Shown here: positions 63,826 to 64,000 of the stretch, in pieces
Layout: each line of letters begins with the position of its first letter
Position numbering within the stretch: position 1 is the stretch's first letter
DNA from: Candidatus Eiseniibacteriota bacterium
GTDB lineage: Bacteria > Joyebacterota > Joyebacteria > Joyebacterales > Joyebacteraceae
Length of the DNA stretch: 64,000 nucleotides
NCBI GenBank assembly: GCA_043819135.1
Contig: JBDRFG010000106.1
Span: forward strand, 67,612-131,611
Reading direction: 5' to 3'
Notes under the pieces: generated by a model
Databases searched by the model: none
What the model was told of the DNA's origin: nothing
The model's input: only the letters and a program-made list of their open reading frames with translations
Program-made: the position numbers and the translations under genes

Positions 63826-64000
63826 GGAAGGCGCCCCGCGCACGCTTCTCCGCACAGCCCTCGGAACACTGCGCTTGCACGCCCTCTGAGTCTCTGTTAG
63901 TTTGTCAGGCTGGCTTGCCACTAGACGCCGGTCGCCCGGAAACGCCGGGCTGCGACCCCGGGGGTCCACTTGTTCCATAAGTTCCTGAAGAACATCATCG

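Noticed and set aside
1-64000. CRISPR arrays, rRNA genes, transposases/integrases, toxin-antitoxin or known defence-system genes
   Set aside because: There are no short regularly spaced direct repeats, no rRNA-like conserved blocks, and no ORFs with integrase, transposase or defence-domain hallmarks on either strand. The only tandem repeats are the in-gene 12-nt and GAA tracts reported above.

Overview
This 64 kb window is high-GC (about 65-67%), gene-dense bacterial chromosome. Nearly all genes are on the + strand with short or overlapping junctions, which indicates long operons.

Lineage (inference only): a type IX secretion (T9SS) C-terminal sorting domain, two PorV/PorQ-like outer-membrane proteins, TPR and NHL proteins and many lipoproteins together suggest an FCB-group or candidate-phylum Gram-negative bacterium.

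Gene content by region:
- 3-5507: a cell-surface polysaccharide cluster (DegT aminotransferase, FemAB-like acyltransferase, DUF2029-like membrane protein, GT4 and GT2 glycosyltransferases).
- 6214-12923: a compact bacterial microcompartment (BMC, metabolosome) locus; this is the most notable feature and is described below.
- Rest of the window: housekeeping genes, including efp-accB-accC, ftsK-lolA, rimO, mreBCD-mrdA-rodA-lgt, a pfk-fba-gap-pgk-tpiA-secG glycolytic operon followed by tRNA-Leu(GAG), add-purN, and two M16 peptidases.
- 43.7-50.7 kb, directly downstream of the tRNA: a gingipain-like C25 peptidase carrying a T9SS C-terminal domain, a PorV-like outer-membrane protein and Ig-like lipoproteins.

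The BMC locus contains two BMC-H shell proteins, three BMC-P vertex proteins, a PduT-like Fe-S BMC-T, PduL phosphotransacylase, a CoA-acylating aldehyde dehydrogenase, a class II (fuculose/rhamnulose-phosphate-type) aldolase with a C-terminal encapsulation peptide, and a PduS/RnfC-like Fe-S flavoprotein. This resembles the Planctomycetes-Verrucomicrobia (PVM) fucose/rhamnose microcompartment, but it carries a PduS+PduT electron-transfer pair and has no alcohol dehydrogenase, acetate kinase or B12 enzyme in the locus.

Other items worth a second look:
- a His/Tyr/Trp-rich CXXCH lipoprotein with a 12-nt tandem repeat, paired with a PorV-like outer-membrane protein;
- an FtsK with a poly-Glu tail encoded by a GAA/GAG repeat tract;
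- a tiny bS22-like ORF missed by the ORF track;
- a probable PPi-dependent phosphofructokinase.

Most long antisense ORFs in the track are high-GC artefacts.
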